A stretch of DNA of 64,000 nucleotides from Alphaproteobacteria bacterium (GTDB lineage: Bacteria; Pseudomonadota; Alphaproteobacteria; SP197). The DNA is taken from NCBI GenBank assembly GCA_964291415.2, contig OZ219917.1, positions 1,120,001-1,184,000 of the forward strand, given 5' to 3'. This document shows, one piece after another, positions 51,640-61,598 of this stretch; the stretch's first letter is position 1, and each line of letters opens with the position of its first letter. The notes under the pieces were generated by a model. That model saw only the letters and a program-made list of their open reading frames with translations, did no database searches and had not been told where the DNA came from. The position numbers were made by a program, and so were the translations under genes.

Positions 51640-53087
51640 GGTTGTGTCCCACCGCGTGGTGTAGGAGTTCTGGCTCCGCTGGAAGTTGTGGGTAACTGGC
51701 CCGCCGCAGCGACCACCACGAGTCAGGCGGCGGGGGGCCAGTTATCCACAACGGCGGCCATCGCGGTTCCGGTTAAGGTTGGGTTTGCACAATCCACCTG
51801 ACCGGAGGAGTACCACGATGACCACCAACGACATGATGACCCTGCAGGCCCTGTTGGAGAAGAGCTCTGACAGCGATCTTCTGCGCGAGATGATCGAGTT
51901 CGCGGCCGGGCGCCTGATGGCCCTGGAAGTGGAGGGTCTGACGGGCGCCGCGCATGGCGAGCGCACACCGGAGCGGATCAACCAGAGAAACGGCTACCGC
52001 GACCGGTTGTGGGAGACCCGCGCGGGCACAGTGGAGCTGAAGATCCCGAAGTTGAGAAAGGGGAGCTACTTCCCCGGCTTCCTGGAGCCGCGGCGGACGG
52101 CGGAGAAGGCTCTGACGGCGGTGATCCAGGAGGCCTACATCCAGGGCGTGTCGACGCGATCGGTTGATGACCTGGTGCAGGCCATGGGCATGAGCGGCAT
52201 CTCCAAGAGCCAGGTCTCCCGGCTGTGCGGCGAGATCGACGACAAGATCGGCGGCTTCCTTGAGCGGCCCCTGGAGGGCGACTGGCCCTACCTGTGGCTG
52301 GATGCCACCTATGTGAAGGTCCGCGAGGCCGGGCGCATCGTCTCGGTCGCGGTGACCATCGCCGTGGCGGTCAACGACCAGGGCCGCCGCGAGGTCCTGG
52401 GCATGGCGGTCGGCGCCTCGGAGGCCGAGACCTTCTGGACCGACTTCCTGCGTTCCTTGGCGCGCCGCGGGCTCCGGGGTGTCAAGCTGGTGATCTCCGA
52501 CGACCACAAGGGTCTCAAGGCCGCGGTCACCCGCATCCTCGGCGCCACCTGGCAACGATGCCGCGTGCACTTCACCCGCAACCTCTTGGCCCATGCCGGC
52601 AAGCAGGGCCGGGGCGTCGTCTCGGCCTTCATCGCCACCGCCTTCGCCCAGAACAACGCCGCGGACGCCAAGTCCCAGTGGCGCCTCATCGCCGACCAGC
52701 TCCGGCCCAAGGTGCCGAAGCTCGCCGCGCTCATGGACGAGGCCGAAGAGGATGTGCTGGCCTACATGACCTTCCCCAGGGAGCACCGTCAGAAGTTGCA
52801 CTCCACGAATCCCCTCGAACGTCTCAACGCCGAGATCAAGCGCCGCACCAACGTCGTCGGCATCTTCCCCAACGAGAACGCCATCACCCGCCTGGTCGGC
52901 GCGATCCTTCTCGAGCAGAACGACGAATGGAGTGTCGGACGCCGATACATGACGCTGGAATCGATCGCTCCCGTGAGCGACAATATCAATCTCATGCTGC
53001 CCGCCGTGGCAGCCTGAGCATCCCGGCCCAACACGCCGGATACCGAGCTGGACGCCAGGCTCTTACACCACCCGGCGGGACACGATC
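51640..53087 (+). mobile_element. IS256-family insertion sequence
   Basis: Imperfect terminal IRs (GGTTGTGTCCCACCGCGTGGTGTAGGAG / rc GATCGTGTCCCGCCGGGTGGTGTAAGAG); 8-bp TSD CTAGCCCT at 51632 and 53088. Confidence 0.95.
51818..53017 (+). CDS. IS256 transposase
   Basis: [41 protein letters not shown]. Confidence 0.95.
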   Translation: MTTNDMMTLQALLEKSSDSDLLREMIEFAAGRLMALEVEGLTGAAHGERTPERINQRNGYRDRLWETRAGTVELKIPKLRKGSYFPGFLEPRRTAEKALTAVIQEAYIQGVSTRSVDDLVQAMGMSGISKSQVSRLCGEIDDKIGGFLERPLEGDWPYLWLDATYVKVREAGRIVSVAVTIAVAVNDQGRREVLGMAVGASEAETFWTDFLRSLARRGLRGVKLVISDDHKGLKAAVTRILGATWQRCRVHFTRNLLAHAGKQGRGVVSAFIATAFAQNNAADAKSQWRLIADQLRPKVPKLAALMDEAEEDVLAYMTFPREHRQKLHSTNPLERLNAEIKRRTNVVGIFPNENAITRLVGAILLEQNDEWSVGRRYMTLESIAPVSDNINLMLPAVAA

Positions 53088-53373
53088 CTAGCCCTAGAAA
53101 GATAAAGCAGATACCATTGACCTAACGTATGGGACTACAGCGTTGTCGAAGGCGGGTCGAGAGGGGAATGACAGCAATCACTCGCAGAGACGTGGAATCG
53201 CAAGCAGCCACTGATGTTGGACAGGCTGAACTGGGCGCATCGAGCACGTTGAAGCTTCGTTGTAACGCTGTTACGAACGCTTCGCCGCTCCGCAAAGCAG
53301 GATCGCCAACAAAGTTGTAGCGATCTCGCCCGACGATGCACGCTGCAGCCCAATCGCACGAAAGAAACTCCCA

Positions 53374-54021
53374 ATGTCCGAAATCGCCTCAGCCTTCGAT
53401 CTTTCAAGAAGCATTTTGGATAAGCTACGATCCGGGTTGGCAATTGTCGCCAGACTTGAAGAGCAAGAGCACCATAGGCTCTTGGACTGGGCTCGTGCTC
53501 CCCGAGCAATGGGGTTGTACGGAGATGCACGCAGCCTGGTGTCAGAAACGGGTGTAGCCGAAGAATACGCCGATCAAGTGCGAATGGCTGTTGTAATGAT
53601 GGTAGGCTCAATTGGTGGCTCATCGATCGCATCCCAAGACTTCATAGATGCTGGCCTCAAGAGTAGTGCGTTAACCGAGAAGGAGGTTCGCGGCATCAAG
53701 AAGTTTGCGGACCTGATCATCGAATGCCGTTCGGAGATCAAGAAAGAAAAGGACATAGCGCAACTACAAAATAGCGCACTACCGACGTTGATCGAATTTG
53801 AACTTACATTGGATGCGCGAGTACAAGTTTCCGACGGAACCATACTGTATGCCGTTCCGGTGGTCGTCGCATATGTCGATACCGACTCTGAGAATCAAGT
53901 GTTGTGGTTTCAGATGAACGAAGAGCGAGCTCGCGAAGTTAGAGACAAACTAAGTGCTACTCTTGATCATTTGGATATAGTGAAAAAATGGTTGCATACG
54001 TCCAAGAGTCAAGGCTTCTAG
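53374..54021 (+). CDS. Hypothetical protein with COMM-domain-like C-terminus
   Basis: Helical N-terminus; LPTL.....LD.R...VPVVV...D...WFQM..helix pattern; low-GC ORF. Confidence 0.55.
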   Translation: MSEIASAFDLSRSILDKLRSGLAIVARLEEQEHHRLLDWARAPRAMGLYGDARSLVSETGVAEEYADQVRMAVVMMVGSIGGSSIASQDFIDAGLKSSALTEKEVRGIKKFADLIIECRSEIKKEKDIAQLQNSALPTLIEFELTLDARVQVSDGTILYAVPVVVAYVDTDSENQVLWFQMNEERAREVRDKLSATLDHLDIVKKWLHTSKSQGF

Positions 54022-54320
54022 TGGAGCCCAACATGTTCGAGATGCCATCATTCGACGTGTGGGCAATTGCGTACACGGCACTGGGCGCTGTCATATTATG
54101 GACCCGATTGGGGCGAAAGAGGATAAGGGTGTTTGCCCTTTCTCGGTTGCTCGAGGGAATTGGCCTTAGGGACAAGGGTCAGATGTTGGCTGAGTTTCTT
54201 GTTTTTGTTGGTTTGGGAATTGTGGTGGGTGTCTCGATTGTACAACCCACTAACCCAGAACAAGCCCTCGCGGCCGGAATGGGTTGGACCGGGCTTGTGG
54301 CTCAACCTACGTCACGATAG
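54021..54320 (+). CDS. Small membrane protein (about 3 TM)
   Basis: Hydrophobic segments, PTNPEQALAAGMGW; GTG overlaps upstream stop. Confidence 0.65.
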   Translation: MEPNMFEMPSFDVWAIAYTALGAVILWTRLGRKRIRVFALSRLLEGIGLRDKGQMLAEFLVFVGLGIVVGVSIVQPTNPEQALAAGMGWTGLVAQPTSR

Positions 54321-54372
54321 GTTGGTTGGAAGGAAGAAGACTACAACACGACTATAAGGATGTGGTGAATTA

Positions 54373-55062
54373 ATGCAAGAGAAGATGTACAATCGGATTG
54401 CGACAGGTTGCTTGATTGTGGGTGTGGGTGTGGTGTTGGTGTCTGAAGCGAATGAAGTGTATTCGTGGATGACGGTGGGATTGGCGATAGCCATTACTAT
54501 TGTAGCCGCTGCGGCATATTTTGCATTTCATATGACGGCGGGGCGCAAAGAAGAAACGCCGAATCGAATTGAAGGCGATGCCGAGCCAGTTGAGGTGGCA
54601 GTCACATCAGCAGATGTGGAAAAATACAGAGAAGTGGAATACACTGCCCCTCCAGCCCGTGTCGATACACAGCCTGAATTCACAATACTAGTGGAGAAGT
54701 TGAGAGAGGTCGAGTATCCATTTGCACCTACAGTGTCGGGAGCGTTGCATTGGGCAAAACTGGGTGAATTGGAAGAAACAAGTCAGCTCCTGGGTGTATG
54801 GACTGGCAATCTTGAAGAAATGCCCAAGCAAATCCAAAAGCACAAGTTAATGGATGAAGCGGCGAGGGCAATAGGGGCACAAGGGATTGTAGTGCTGGGA
54901 GACGGCTCGTACTACAGCATCGCAGGCATTGCGGGAATGCGGACTTCGTGGGAAAAGTGGCATCGCCATAAGCGCGGCGTGGCGAAGAGGGCAGGTTGGT
55001 TAGAAGTATTGACTGGAGAGGGACTGTCCGAAGAAGGACAGCGTATGAAAACGTTGCAGTAG
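54373..55062 (+). CDS. Hypothetical protein with two N-terminal TM helices
   Basis: 229-aa low-GC ORF with hydrophobic N-terminus. Confidence 0.55.
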   Translation: MQEKMYNRIATGCLIVGVGVVLVSEANEVYSWMTVGLAIAITIVAAAAYFAFHMTAGRKEETPNRIEGDAEPVEVAVTSADVEKYREVEYTAPPARVDTQPEFTILVEKLREVEYPFAPTVSGALHWAKLGELEETSQLLGVWTGNLEEMPKQIQKHKLMDEAARAIGAQGIVVLGDGSYYSIAGIAGMRTSWEKWHRHKRGVAKRAGWLEVLTGEGLSEEGQRMKTLQ

Positions 55063-55702
55063 CATTCGCGGACGACCAGCAACTGCTGGAAGTTGGTATT
55101 GGAAGTGAGGCTGCGGAGCGATTGACTTTCTGCGTACGGTTATGATTGCGCTTGGTCTTGCGTCCAAATGAAGTCGTCTGTGCTGGCGTGGAACGCCACC
55201 TCATGTATGCACAGGTCAGCCGCTAAGTGCAAACGGTCTACGGCGCAAGATAAGACGGACGTGTGGCAACGTTCTTGACGTCGAGTGTCAGCGGAACAGC
55301 CGGTTGCGGCGTTCTAGCGCGACTAGCCTGACGCACCTTTCGAGAGGCGTTTTTTATGACGGACACGACGGGATCCTGGAGGCAGACCTCGAAGCCGCTT
55401 CTGTGGTTGCCAAGAAGAACCTACATTGGTTCACTCAACTCTAACAAGACATGCCAGTGACTTTACTCAGTGGAAGTTCCTGTTCGAGAATCTGGTTGCC
55501 GGTGACACGTTCACACATCCGGATCCTTCCATGATGCGCACCGCCGAGCTTCTTATCAACAAATACTGGGAAACAGTGGCCGGACAAGAGGGCAGAACGC
55601 ATTGCATTGCACGCGGGAGCTATTGGCTCTGCGTGCCAATGTTACCCATGTGTGCAATCGCCACGAGTAACTTATTCCTGGTGTACGGTCGATTCACATA
55701 GT

Positions 55703-55877
55703 CTACTGAGCACATAGCTGGGCAATGGCCGTGCCAGTCCGTTCGGCAGCAGCTGCCACTTCTCTGTCCAGAACATGCGCATAGCGAAGCGTCATGGATA
55801 AACGGCTGTGACCCAGGAGTTTCGCTACGATCGGCAGCGGAACGCCACTCATGACTGCCTGGGAGGCAAATGTGTGC
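55703..55877 (-). pseudogene. C-terminal piece of the interrupted tyrosine integrase
   Basis: HTFASQAVMSGVPLPIVAKLLGHSRLSMTLRYAH continues the HDLR motif at 59314. Confidence 0.9.
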
Positions 55878-56062
55878 CTCTTACTCCGGAACCGGAATAA
55901 GCGTCATTATTGCCGGATCCGTCTTATTCCGGCTCGTCTGGCATGAACATCTGAGATTGGTGTGACTTCAGTATGTTGTGCAGGGTCATGATGGTTGAAG
56001 TTCCGGAGTAATCCGGTGGTCTTCTCGTGCTGGCAATGTCGTCAGCGCAATGGAGAAGGCCG

Positions 56063-57304
56063 ATGTCGACAGAGTTTTACTTTCCCAGCCGAACCAGCCA
56101 GCGGTGGTTGCGTGTCGGTCCACTGGCCGGCGATCTCGAGCGGTTCGCCACCCGGCTCAAGGCCCAGGGCTACGCTCGGCCGACGGCGGTGAGCAAGCTG
56201 CGGCTGGTGCGCAATCTCAGCCGCTGGCTCGAGCACCGGGGCCTGGGGGTCGAAGCGCTCGATGAGCTGCGCATCGAAGCGTTCCTTGTGACCCGCGGAC
56301 CGCGATGCGTGCAACGCGGCGAGGCTGTGACCACCCGGCAGTTGCTGAGCCATCTGCGCACGGATGGGCGGATTCCTTTCGCTGCGCCATCCCCGCAGGT
56401 CTCGAACCCGTTCGCGTCGGTCGAACGCCGCTACGAGCGCTTCCTCGTCAACGAGCGGGGCGTGAGCCGGGCGACGGTGGAGACCTACCTGCCCATCGTC
56501 CACGCCTTCCTTGCCGAACGCTTTGCCACGCGGGCCGTGGCGCTTGAGACGCTCACCGTACGCGACGTCAACCGGTTCATCGTGCGCCAGTCCCGGCGCT
56601 TGTCCCGATCGCGCGTCAAGCTCGTCGTCACCGCGCTGCGCAGCTTCCTGCGCCACCTCCATCAGCGTGGGGACATTCCCGTCGATCTCGCCGGCGCGCT
56701 CCTTGCCGTGGCGAGCTGGCGGCTCTCAGGCGTGCCGAAGTCGCTCGCGCCCGAGCAGGTGGAGGCGGTCATCCGCAGCTGCGATGCGCGCACCGCCGCC
56801 GGACGGCGCGACCGTGCCATCGTGCTGCTCCTTGCGCGGCTGGGGTTGCGCGCCGGTGAAGTGGCCGCGATGACGCTCGGCGATCTCGATTGGGACACAG
56901 GCGTCGTGAGCGTGACCGGCAAGGGCCCGCGGCGCGAGGCGCTGCCGCTGCCCCGTGAGGTCGGCGAGGCCCTGGTCGCCTGGCTGCGCGACGGGCGCCC
57001 GCAGTGCCCCACCCGGCACGTGTTCGTGCGCCTTCACGCACCGCATGTGGGGTTCGCCGGAGCGGTCGCGGTCATCAATGTCGTGCAGCGGGCGTTGGCC
57101 CGGGCCGGCATCGATCCGCCGTTCAAGGGCGCGCATCTGCTGCGTCATTCCCTGGCTACCACGATGCTGCGCCACGGCGCCTCGCTGGAAGAGATTGGGC
57201 AGGTCCTGCGCCATACCTCACCCGACACCACGTGGATCTACGCCAAGGTGGACCTTGAAGCGCTCCGCACGCTCGCGCCGGCGTGGCCTGGAGGTGCATC
57301 ATGA
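56063..57304 (+). CDS. RIT tyrosine recombinase A
   Basis: LGLRAGEV, HLLRHS, VLRH....T.IYAKVD. Confidence 0.9.
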   Translation: MSTEFYFPSRTSQRWLRVGPLAGDLERFATRLKAQGYARPTAVSKLRLVRNLSRWLEHRGLGVEALDELRIEAFLVTRGPRCVQRGEAVTTRQLLSHLRTDGRIPFAAPSPQVSNPFASVERRYERFLVNERGVSRATVETYLPIVHAFLAERFATRAVALETLTVRDVNRFIVRQSRRLSRSRVKLVVTALRSFLRHLHQRGDIPVDLAGALLAVASWRLSGVPKSLAPEQVEAVIRSCDARTAAGRRDRAIVLLLARLGLRAGEVAAMTLGDLDWDTGVVSVTGKGPRREALPLPREVGEALVAWLRDGRPQCPTRHVFVRLHAPHVGFAGAVAVINVVQRALARAGIDPPFKGAHLLRHSLATTMLRHGASLEEIGQVLRHTSPDTTWIYAKVDLEALRTLAPAWPGGAS

Positions 57305-58233
57305 ATGACCTCGCACTGCTGCTCGAGGAGTACCTCGCAACGCGCCGTGCGCTCGGCAACCGGCTGGTGCTGCCCGGCCGGCTGTTGAAGCGCTTCGTCG
57401 CGTTCACCGTGCAAGACGAGATCCCCTTCATCACCACCGAGTGCGCGCTGCAATGGGCCACCGAGCCGCGCGATGCACGGCCCGCCCAGTGGGCGGGCCG
57501 TCTGAGCATGGTGCGCGGCTTCGCCCGCTACGCCCACGGTGTTGACCCACGTCACGAGGTCCCGCCGCAGGGGCTGTTGTCTGGGCAGTATCGCCGCCGC
57601 ACCCCCTATCTGTACCGCGACGCAGAAGTCGCCGCGCTCATCGCCGCGGCGCGAGCGCTCTCCGGCATCACCGGACTGAGGCCCCTGACCTATGCCACGA
57701 TGCTGGCGCTGTTGTCCGTCACCGGGATGCGGGTGAGCGAGGTGGTGAACCTCGACCGTGACGATGTCGACCTCACCGACGGGGTGCTGAGTGTGCGTGA
57801 CAGCAAGTTCGGCAAGTCGCGCTATCTGCCGATGCATGCCTCGACCGCACGGGCGCTGCGCCGCTATGCACGACATCGCGACCGCCTCTGTCTTCGTCCT
57901 CTCGTCCCGGCCTTCTTCCTTGCCGAACGCGGCACCCGGATCACCGAGTGGGCGTTGCGCTGGACCTTCGCAAAGCTGTCGAAGCAGGTCGGTCTGCGTG
58001 CTCCCTCGTCGTCGCACGGCACCGGTCCGCGCCTGCATGACCTGCGCCACCGGTTCGCCGTGAACACGCTGCTTGGGTGGTATCGCAACGAAGTCGATGT
58101 CGAACGTCACATCCCGCAACTCGCGACCTGGCTCGGCCATGCCCATGTGAGCGATACCTACTGGTATCTCACCGCCACGCCGGAGTTGCTGCATCTGGCC
58201 GCCCGACGTCTCGACCGCAGGGCGCCGTCATGA
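57301..58233 (+). CDS. RIT tyrosine recombinase B
   Basis: TGMRVSE, SKFGKSR, RLHDLRHRFAV, LGH...TYWYL. Confidence 0.9.
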   Translation: MNDLALLLEEYLATRRALGNRLVLPGRLLKRFVAFTVQDEIPFITTECALQWATEPRDARPAQWAGRLSMVRGFARYAHGVDPRHEVPPQGLLSGQYRRRTPYLYRDAEVAALIAAARALSGITGLRPLTYATMLALLSVTGMRVSEVVNLDRDDVDLTDGVLSVRDSKFGKSRYLPMHASTARALRRYARHRDRLCLRPLVPAFFLAERGTRITEWALRWTFAKLSKQVGLRAPSSSHGTGPRLHDLRHRFAVNTLLGWYRNEVDVERHIPQLATWLGHAHVSDTYWYLTATPELLHLAARRLDRRAPS

Positions 58234-59228
58234 GCGATGCGGCAGACTTCCCGCGGCTGCTCGCGCTGTTCTTCACCGAGCGTCTCATGCGACAGCGCCA
58301 GGCCAGCCCGCACACCATCGCCAGCTACCGTTCGACGTTCCGCCTCCTGGTGCTCTACGCCCAGCGCGTGTTGAACACACCGCCCTCGGCGATGGCGCTC
58401 GCCGACTTCGACACCGAGCTGCTCGGCGACTTCCTCGGCCATCTCGAGACCGAACGCGGCAACGATGCGCGGACCCGCAACACCCGCCTTGCCGCCATCC
58501 GTTCGTTCTTCCGCTTCGTCGCCTTGCAGGAACCCCGCCACGCCGCCCTGGCCCAGAGGGTCCTGGCCATCCCGGACAAGCGCTACACCCGCCGCCCCGT
58601 GACCTGGCTCGAGCGCCCCGAAGTCGAGGCGCTCCTCGCGGCGCCGGACCCGCGATCCCGCAGCGGACGCCGCGACCGCGCCTTGCTGCTCGTGGCAGTC
58701 CAGACCGGACTGCGCGCCTCGGAGCTCACCGGACTGCGATGCGAGGATGTTCAGCTCGGCGCCGGCGCCCACGTGCGGTGTCACGGCAAGGGACGAAAGG
58801 AGCGGTGCACGCCGCTGCGCAAGGATGCGGCGAAGGCACTCCGGGCGTGGCTGGCCGAACGCCGCGGCGAGCCGCGCGACCCCGTGTTCCCCAATCAGCG
58901 CGGCGGCCCGCTGAGCCATGACAGCCTCGCCTACCTCCTGGGCAAGCACGTGACGACCGCGCGGGCTCGATGTCCCTCGCTCGCCAGGAAACGTGTCAGC
59001 GCCCATTCATTGCGCCATTCGTGCGCCATGGAACTCCTTCACAGCGGTGTCGACCGCGCGGTCATTGCATTGTGGCTCGGTCATGAATCCGTCGAGACCA
59101 CGTACGTCTATCTGCACGCCGACCTGAAACTGAAGGAAAAGGCCATGGCGCACACTCAACCTTCACATGTGCCGCACACGCGTTACCGGCCCGACGATGA
59201 CGTGTTGGCATTCCTGAACAGCCTGTGA
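58230..59228 (+). CDS. RIT tyrosine recombinase C
   Basis: SPHTIASY, TGLRASE, GKGRKER, HSLRHS, WLGHES..TT..Y. Confidence 0.9.
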   Translation: MSDAADFPRLLALFFTERLMRQRQASPHTIASYRSTFRLLVLYAQRVLNTPPSAMALADFDTELLGDFLGHLETERGNDARTRNTRLAAIRSFFRFVALQEPRHAALAQRVLAIPDKRYTRRPVTWLERPEVEALLAAPDPRSRSGRRDRALLLVAVQTGLRASELTGLRCEDVQLGAGAHVRCHGKGRKERCTPLRKDAAKALRAWLAERRGEPRDPVFPNQRGGPLSHDSLAYLLGKHVTTARARCPSLARKRVSAHSLRHSCAMELLHSGVDRAVIALWLGHESVETTYVYLHADLKLKEKAMAHTQPSHVPHTRYRPDDDVLAFLNSL

Positions 59229-59314
59229 TTATCCCGGAATCAAGGTCCCTTCGAGCACGCTCCCCGCCCGTCTCCGCCGTCGATTCCGGAGTAAGACGGA
59301 TCCGGCAATAATGT

Positions 59315-60291
59315 CGCAGATCGTGGAGACGAACATCCTCGATCCCGGCCTCGTTGCGGGCCCTGTACCAGAGCCCGATCTCGCATGAGCGTGGCCGCGC
59401 AGGATCGCGCGGCGAGGGAAAGACCCAGACGCTGCTCGCCCTTGGCTGACGCTCGACAATCTCCTGGGCGGCGGCCGATAGCCAGACTTCGCGGGGCCCG
59501 GTCTTTGCATCGATCAGCCTGAGTGAGGCGCCGTGGACCTCGCGCCACCGCAGTCTGGTGATCTCGCCGCGTCGGCATCCGGTCAGCAGGAGCAGGCGGA
59601 TCATGTCGGCCTGAGGTTGGTACGTGGGACGCGTCGCGACCATTCTGTCCAGTGTCTGGTAGAGGCAGGCGATTTCCTGCCTCGACAGGAACCGCGTCAG
59701 CGGCGGGCGCCTGTTTCGCTTCACGCTTCGCGTCGGGTCGCTGCTGATGTGGCCGCTCGCAACGGCGAACTTCATGATGCGGCGCAACGTTTGCAGCACC
59801 ATGTTGGCGCCGCCCGGTGCAACCTTGCTGTAGGCATCGAACCACTTCTCAACATGTCGCGGTCCGATGTGATCGAGCCGCAGGGAACCGAATGACGGCA
59901 GCAACTGCCTCTTCAGTTCCCGGGCAAGGTATGCACGCCGTTGAGGTGTGCAGTGGTCGAGGACCGCTTCCTTCCATGGCCCTGTGGCGAAGGCGGAAAA
60001 GAGCGGGACAACCCTGTCGGGCTTGCGATCGCCGGATCGTTCCTGGAGCATGAGGGTCAGGCAGTCTCGACGCGCCTCATCGATGGACTTTAGTGCCGCG
60101 GATCCGATGGTTGTTCGCGCCGGGCGTCCGTTCCTGAATTCCTGCCAGACATAGCTGCGATGGCCCGAGGACCGGACCCGCACACCAAAGCCGGCGAGAG
60201 AGGTGTCCCAGACGGTGTACTCGACCTCACGGGGACGGAGTCTTTCGACAACAGCCTCCGTCAACCTGACCTTTCTCGCCCTGGTTCTCAT
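59315..60291 (-). pseudogene. Tyrosine integrase 2 (arm-binding + catalytic), N-terminal piece, interrupted by RIT
   Basis: WDTSLAGFGVRV, TGCRRGEI, KTGPR, RLHDLR. Confidence 0.9.
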
Positions 60292-61409
60292 GCCAGACCC
60301 TCCGACAGAACCGGCGCGAAGAGATTGATGGCCTGTCGAATCGTTTCGTCGGTGAGATGCGTGTAGCGCAGGGTCGAGGACGCCCTGGCGTGGCCAAGGA
60401 GTTTGCCGATCGCAAGAATGGTCTCGCCATTCTGGAGCGCGACGCTGGCATAGGAGTGGCGCAGATCGTGCAGGCGGACGCCGTTCAATCCGGCTTCCGC
60501 ACGGATTTGCCGCCAGAATTCGTCGAGATGATGCCGTTTCGGCTTTGTTGCCGAAAAGACCCATGTGGACTTCCGCGGCAGGTTGTCGAGGACATCGCGC
60601 GCGGCTTGCGCCAGCCAGACCGTGCGCGGGCCGGTCTTGCTGTCCGGCAGGAACAATCGGCCTTCACGGTAATCCCTCCACCTGAGCATGATGATCTCAC
60701 CCTTGCGGCAGCCGGTCAGGAGAAGCATCTGCACGGCGGCGGTATGCAACGGACGTCTTGATTGGTGGCGTGCCAGAACGGCGGCAAGACTGCGGTACTC
60801 CTCCGGCCGGAGAAACCGTTCGCGTAAGGTCTCGCGGTAGCGGCGGATACCGACGCAGGGGTTGCTGTTCTCCGGCCTGTAGTCCCAGATTTCGGCCTTC
60901 TGCATGATGACGGACAGGATCGGTAGGGAGCGGTTGGCCGCCGCTGGCGTTGCATGCAGCGACCGGAACCAGGTTGCGACGTCCTGCTGGGTGATGTCGC
61001 TGATGATGCGGTCGGCGAAGAAGGGCAGGATCTGCCTCTTGAGATAGATCCGGTTGGCCGTGAGGGTGCCGGGCTTCCAGCGCCGCTTGTAGTGGTCAAG
61101 GACTTCCTCGGCGACAGTCTCGAAGAGTGCGTCCTTATCTGTCCAGGGATCCGCAGAGTCGCCGTTCCGGTACGCAGCCAGCATCGCGCGTGCCCGTTCA
61201 CGAGCCTGCGCCATGGTCACGGCTCCGGCATCGTCGAGGGTCTTCCAGATTCTCCGGCCCTCGTGCTGAGACTGAATGAAGTAGCGTCTGGCGCCCGAGG
61301 GCATGATGCGCAGGCCAAATCCCTTCAGTTCGGTGTCCCTCACGTCCAGGATGACTTTCTTTGGCTTGAGCGTATCGACGCGGTGCTGGGTGAGGTGTAG
61401 CGTGGCCAT
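60288..61409 (-). CDS. Tyrosine integrase 1 (arm-binding + catalytic)
   Basis: DTELKGFGLRI, TGCRKGEI, KTGPR, HDLRHSYAS, LLGH...T.RY. Confidence 0.92.
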   Translation of the reverse strand: MATLHLTQHRVDTLKPKKVILDVRDTELKGFGLRIMPSGARRYFIQSQHEGRRIWKTLDDAGAVTMAQARERARAMLAAYRNGDSADPWTDKDALFETVAEEVLDHYKRRWKPGTLTANRIYLKRQILPFFADRIISDITQQDVATWFRSLHATPAAANRSLPILSVIMQKAEIWDYRPENSNPCVGIRRYRETLRERFLRPEEYRSLAAVLARHQSRRPLHTAAVQMLLLTGCRKGEIIMLRWRDYREGRLFLPDSKTGPRTVWLAQAARDVLDNLPRKSTWVFSATKPKRHHLDEFWRQIRAEAGLNGVRLHDLRHSYASVALQNGETILAIGKLLGHARASSTLRYTHLTDETIRQAINLFAPVLSEGLA

Positions 61410-61531
61410 GGTTGTTTCCTCCGGTGTTCTGTGGCACTGGGGGAAGAATGGGGCCGCCTTTTCGCCCAAGTGTTGCACAAAACGAAAGAAAATACGTGTG
61501 TATTTTCCGTGGGTTAGCACTCAAAAGTGCG

Positions 61532-61545
61532 CCTCTTGTGTAGCA
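61532..61545 (+). repeat. Right att core CCTCTTGTGTAGCA
   Basis: Exact match to 27043-27056; about 120 bp upstream of the integrase start. Confidence 0.75.
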
Positions 61546-61598
61546 CGGAATGGCGGATATCGTGCGCCCTGAAGTTCGACACGATCGCGGTGGCAGGC

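Larger units (their letters stand above)
55878..59314 (+). mobile_element. RIT (recombinase in trio) element
   Basis: Three overlapping tyrosine recombinases; IR CATTATTGCCGGATCCGTCTTA(T/C)TCCGG at 55905 and inverted ending at 59313. Confidence 0.92.
27043..61545. mobile_element. Putative integrative mobilizable element (~34.5 kb)
   Basis: Identical 14-bp direct repeat at both ends, tyrosine integrases next to the right copy, MOBF relaxase inside, host genes on both flanks. Confidence 0.78.

Noticed and set aside
55200-55701. Short ORFs and hairpin between the low-GC cassette and the integrase tail
   Set aside because: No recognisable motifs; probably a decayed remnant
50976-61545. CRISPR-guided integration of the island
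   Set aside because: No spacer matches the att repeat or flanks by eye, and no TnsABC/TniQ genes are present
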